Source: Naegleria gruberi
Taxonomy: Eukaryota
DNA length: 8,558 nt
Reading direction: 5' to 3' (one strand)
Assembly (NCBI GenBank): GCA_000004985.1
Contig: GG739059.1
Shown piece by piece: positions 7,773 to 8,558 of the stretch (position 1 is its first letter; each line of letters begins with the position of its first letter). The notes below the pieces were generated by a model. The model had not been told where the DNA came from. It saw only the letters and a program-made list of their open reading frames with translations, and searched no databases. Made by a program: the position numbers and the translations under genes.

Positions 7773-8558
7773 ATGATAACACTTGCCACCAGTTGGATTT
7801 TCTCCTTTGTATTTGTGCAGGCATTTCAATTCTTTTGTCCATCATCATCACAACATTATCAAGATGAAGGAAAACAACAACCAACATCATCATCAATAGA
7901 AAAACAGGAATATGAAGGAAATAGTAATCATCTTCATGCAAATTCCGATGATTCGGCCAACAATGAACTTTATGAACAAGTAGTTGCACTTCCTCTGACA
8001 CAACAACAACAACACTTGAATAGAAGAAGTGTTTTTTCCTCATATGTATCGAGTGATGGTGGTATAACAATGATTACTACTAAGAATAATGAACATCTAC
8101 TTCACCGTATTTCATTGAGGGAGTTATATAGTAATTTATTTTCAAAATTCAATGTGTTAATCACAAATTTAGGAATTTTAGGTGGAATTTTATTACTAGT
8201 GTATTTAGGTCATACAAAAAATCCACTCCTATTCGAAACTACTGAAAAGGTCTATTCTAGGGATTTATTTATTTCAATTTGTGTTGCATCTTTAATTTGT
8301 GGAATTTTAACATTGACAAGGAATAGTGATGAAACAGTTGAAACAATTTTATCAAGAGAACAATCAGAAGAGTGGAAAGGATGGATGCAACTTATTTTTC
8401 TACTCTATCACTACTATAATGTACAAGAAATTTATGCTCCAATTAGGTTATTTGTTAGTTGCTATGTCTGGATGTCAGGATTTGGGAATTTTTCATATTT
8501 TTATAATAGTAAGGGAGATTTATCCTTAAAAAGATTTTACAAATGTTGTGGAGATTAA
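7773..8558 (+). CDS. Cas1p-like / RWA-like (CASD1 family, 10-TM acyltransferase-3-like) polysaccharide/glycan O-acetyltransferase. N-terminal 261 aa are followed by a TAA at 8556-8558, the last codon of the window. The expected rest of the multi-TM domain is not present in this frame.
   Basis: Translation contains the signature block LSREQSEEWKGWMQLIFLLYHYYNVQEIYAPIRLFVSCYVWMSGFGNFSYFYNSKGDLSLKRF (EWKGWMQ at 8370-8390, YVWMSGFGNFSY at 8463-8498). From memory this matches the conserved region of plant REDUCED WALL ACETYLATION proteins, human CASD1 and Cryptococcus Cas1p (..QTEEWKGWMQ..YHY..YVWMTGFGNFSYYY..KDFSLARF..). Before it are two predicted TM helices (VLITNLGILGGILLLVYLG, LFISICVASLICGILTLT) and an N-terminal hydrophobic segment, as in RWA proteins. 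The true start is ATG 7773; the track's 7770 is GTG, which is not a eukaryotic start. Confidence 0.8.
   Translation: MITLATSWIFSFVFVQAFQFFCPSSSQHYQDEGKQQPTSSSIEKQEYEGNSNHLHANSDDSANNELYEQVVALPLTQQQQHLNRRSVFSSYVSSDGGITMITTKNNEHLLHRISLRELYSNLFSKFNVLITNLGILGGILLLVYLGHTKNPLLFETTEKVYSRDLFISICVASLICGILTLTRNSDETVETILSREQSEEWKGWMQLIFLLYHYYNVQEIYAPIRLFVSCYVWMSGFGNFSYFYNSKGDLSLKRFYKCCGD

Noticed and set aside
7753-8070. 105-aa minus-strand ORF antisense to the 5' end of the Cas1-like gene.
   Set aside because: It overlaps a CDS whose translation carries strongly conserved family motifs on the opposite strand. The antisense product is hydrophobic and low-complexity junk (LLMMMLVVVFLHL) with no start context. 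It is a shadow ORF.
8326-8529. 67-aa plus-strand ORF in the +1 frame inside the Cas1-like gene.
   Set aside because: Alternative frame of a region whose main frame encodes the EWKGWMQ...YVWMSGFGNFSY motifs. No independent support.
1-8558. Prokaryotic-style features: CRISPR arrays, IS/transposon ends, Shine-Dalgarno-led operons, rho-independent terminators, tRNA/rRNA genes.
   Set aside because: No direct-repeat/spacer periodicity, no terminal inverted repeats, no tRNA T-loop/anticodon-arm candidates and no rRNA-like conserved stretches were found by eye. Gene structure and composition are eukaryotic.

Overview
This looks like eukaryotic nuclear DNA. Coding regions are about 70% AT, codon use favours AAT/CAA/TCA/AGA/TTA, the proteins are full of N/Q/S homopolymer runs, and stops are TAA. 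That pattern resembles dictyostelid-like amoebozoans or another AT-rich protist or fungus, but the taxon cannot be fixed from this sequence. No prokaryotic features (CRISPR, operons, IS elements) and no rRNA or tRNA genes are visible.

The window is dominated by a 5,150-nt run of N (2049..7198) that hides about 60% of the sequence. Three genes are supported in the visible parts:
- A minus-strand 487-codon ORF (566..2029) encodes a protein with N/S/Q-rich low-complexity ends and a central K/E/R/Q-rich coiled-coil of about 250 aa. Its 5' side stays open into the N block.
- A minus-strand gene starts at ATG 7551 and runs into the N block (visible 7199..7551). It encodes a short cytosolic N-terminus, one hydrophobic anchor helix, then a domain hidden by the mask, which is type-II membrane-protein topology.
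- A divergent plus-strand gene starts at ATG 7773 (the ORF track's 7770 is a GTG artefact). It carries the hallmark motifs of the Cas1p/RWA/CASD1 10-TM O-acetyltransferase family (EWKGWMQ ... YHY ... YVWMSGFGNFSYFY ... LSLKRF). It terminates at a TAA that is exactly the last codon of the window, far short of a complete domain of this family.

The 221-bp region between the two divergent ATGs is a putative bidirectional promoter. Several coding trinucleotide microsatellites are present, one of them, (TGA)n, directly abutting the mask edge. The most interesting questions are what the masked 5.15 kb encodes, and whether the Cas1-like gene is truncated or intron-interrupted. One hypothesis is that the masked 5.15 kb encodes the separate esterase-type partner of the O-acetyltransferase.
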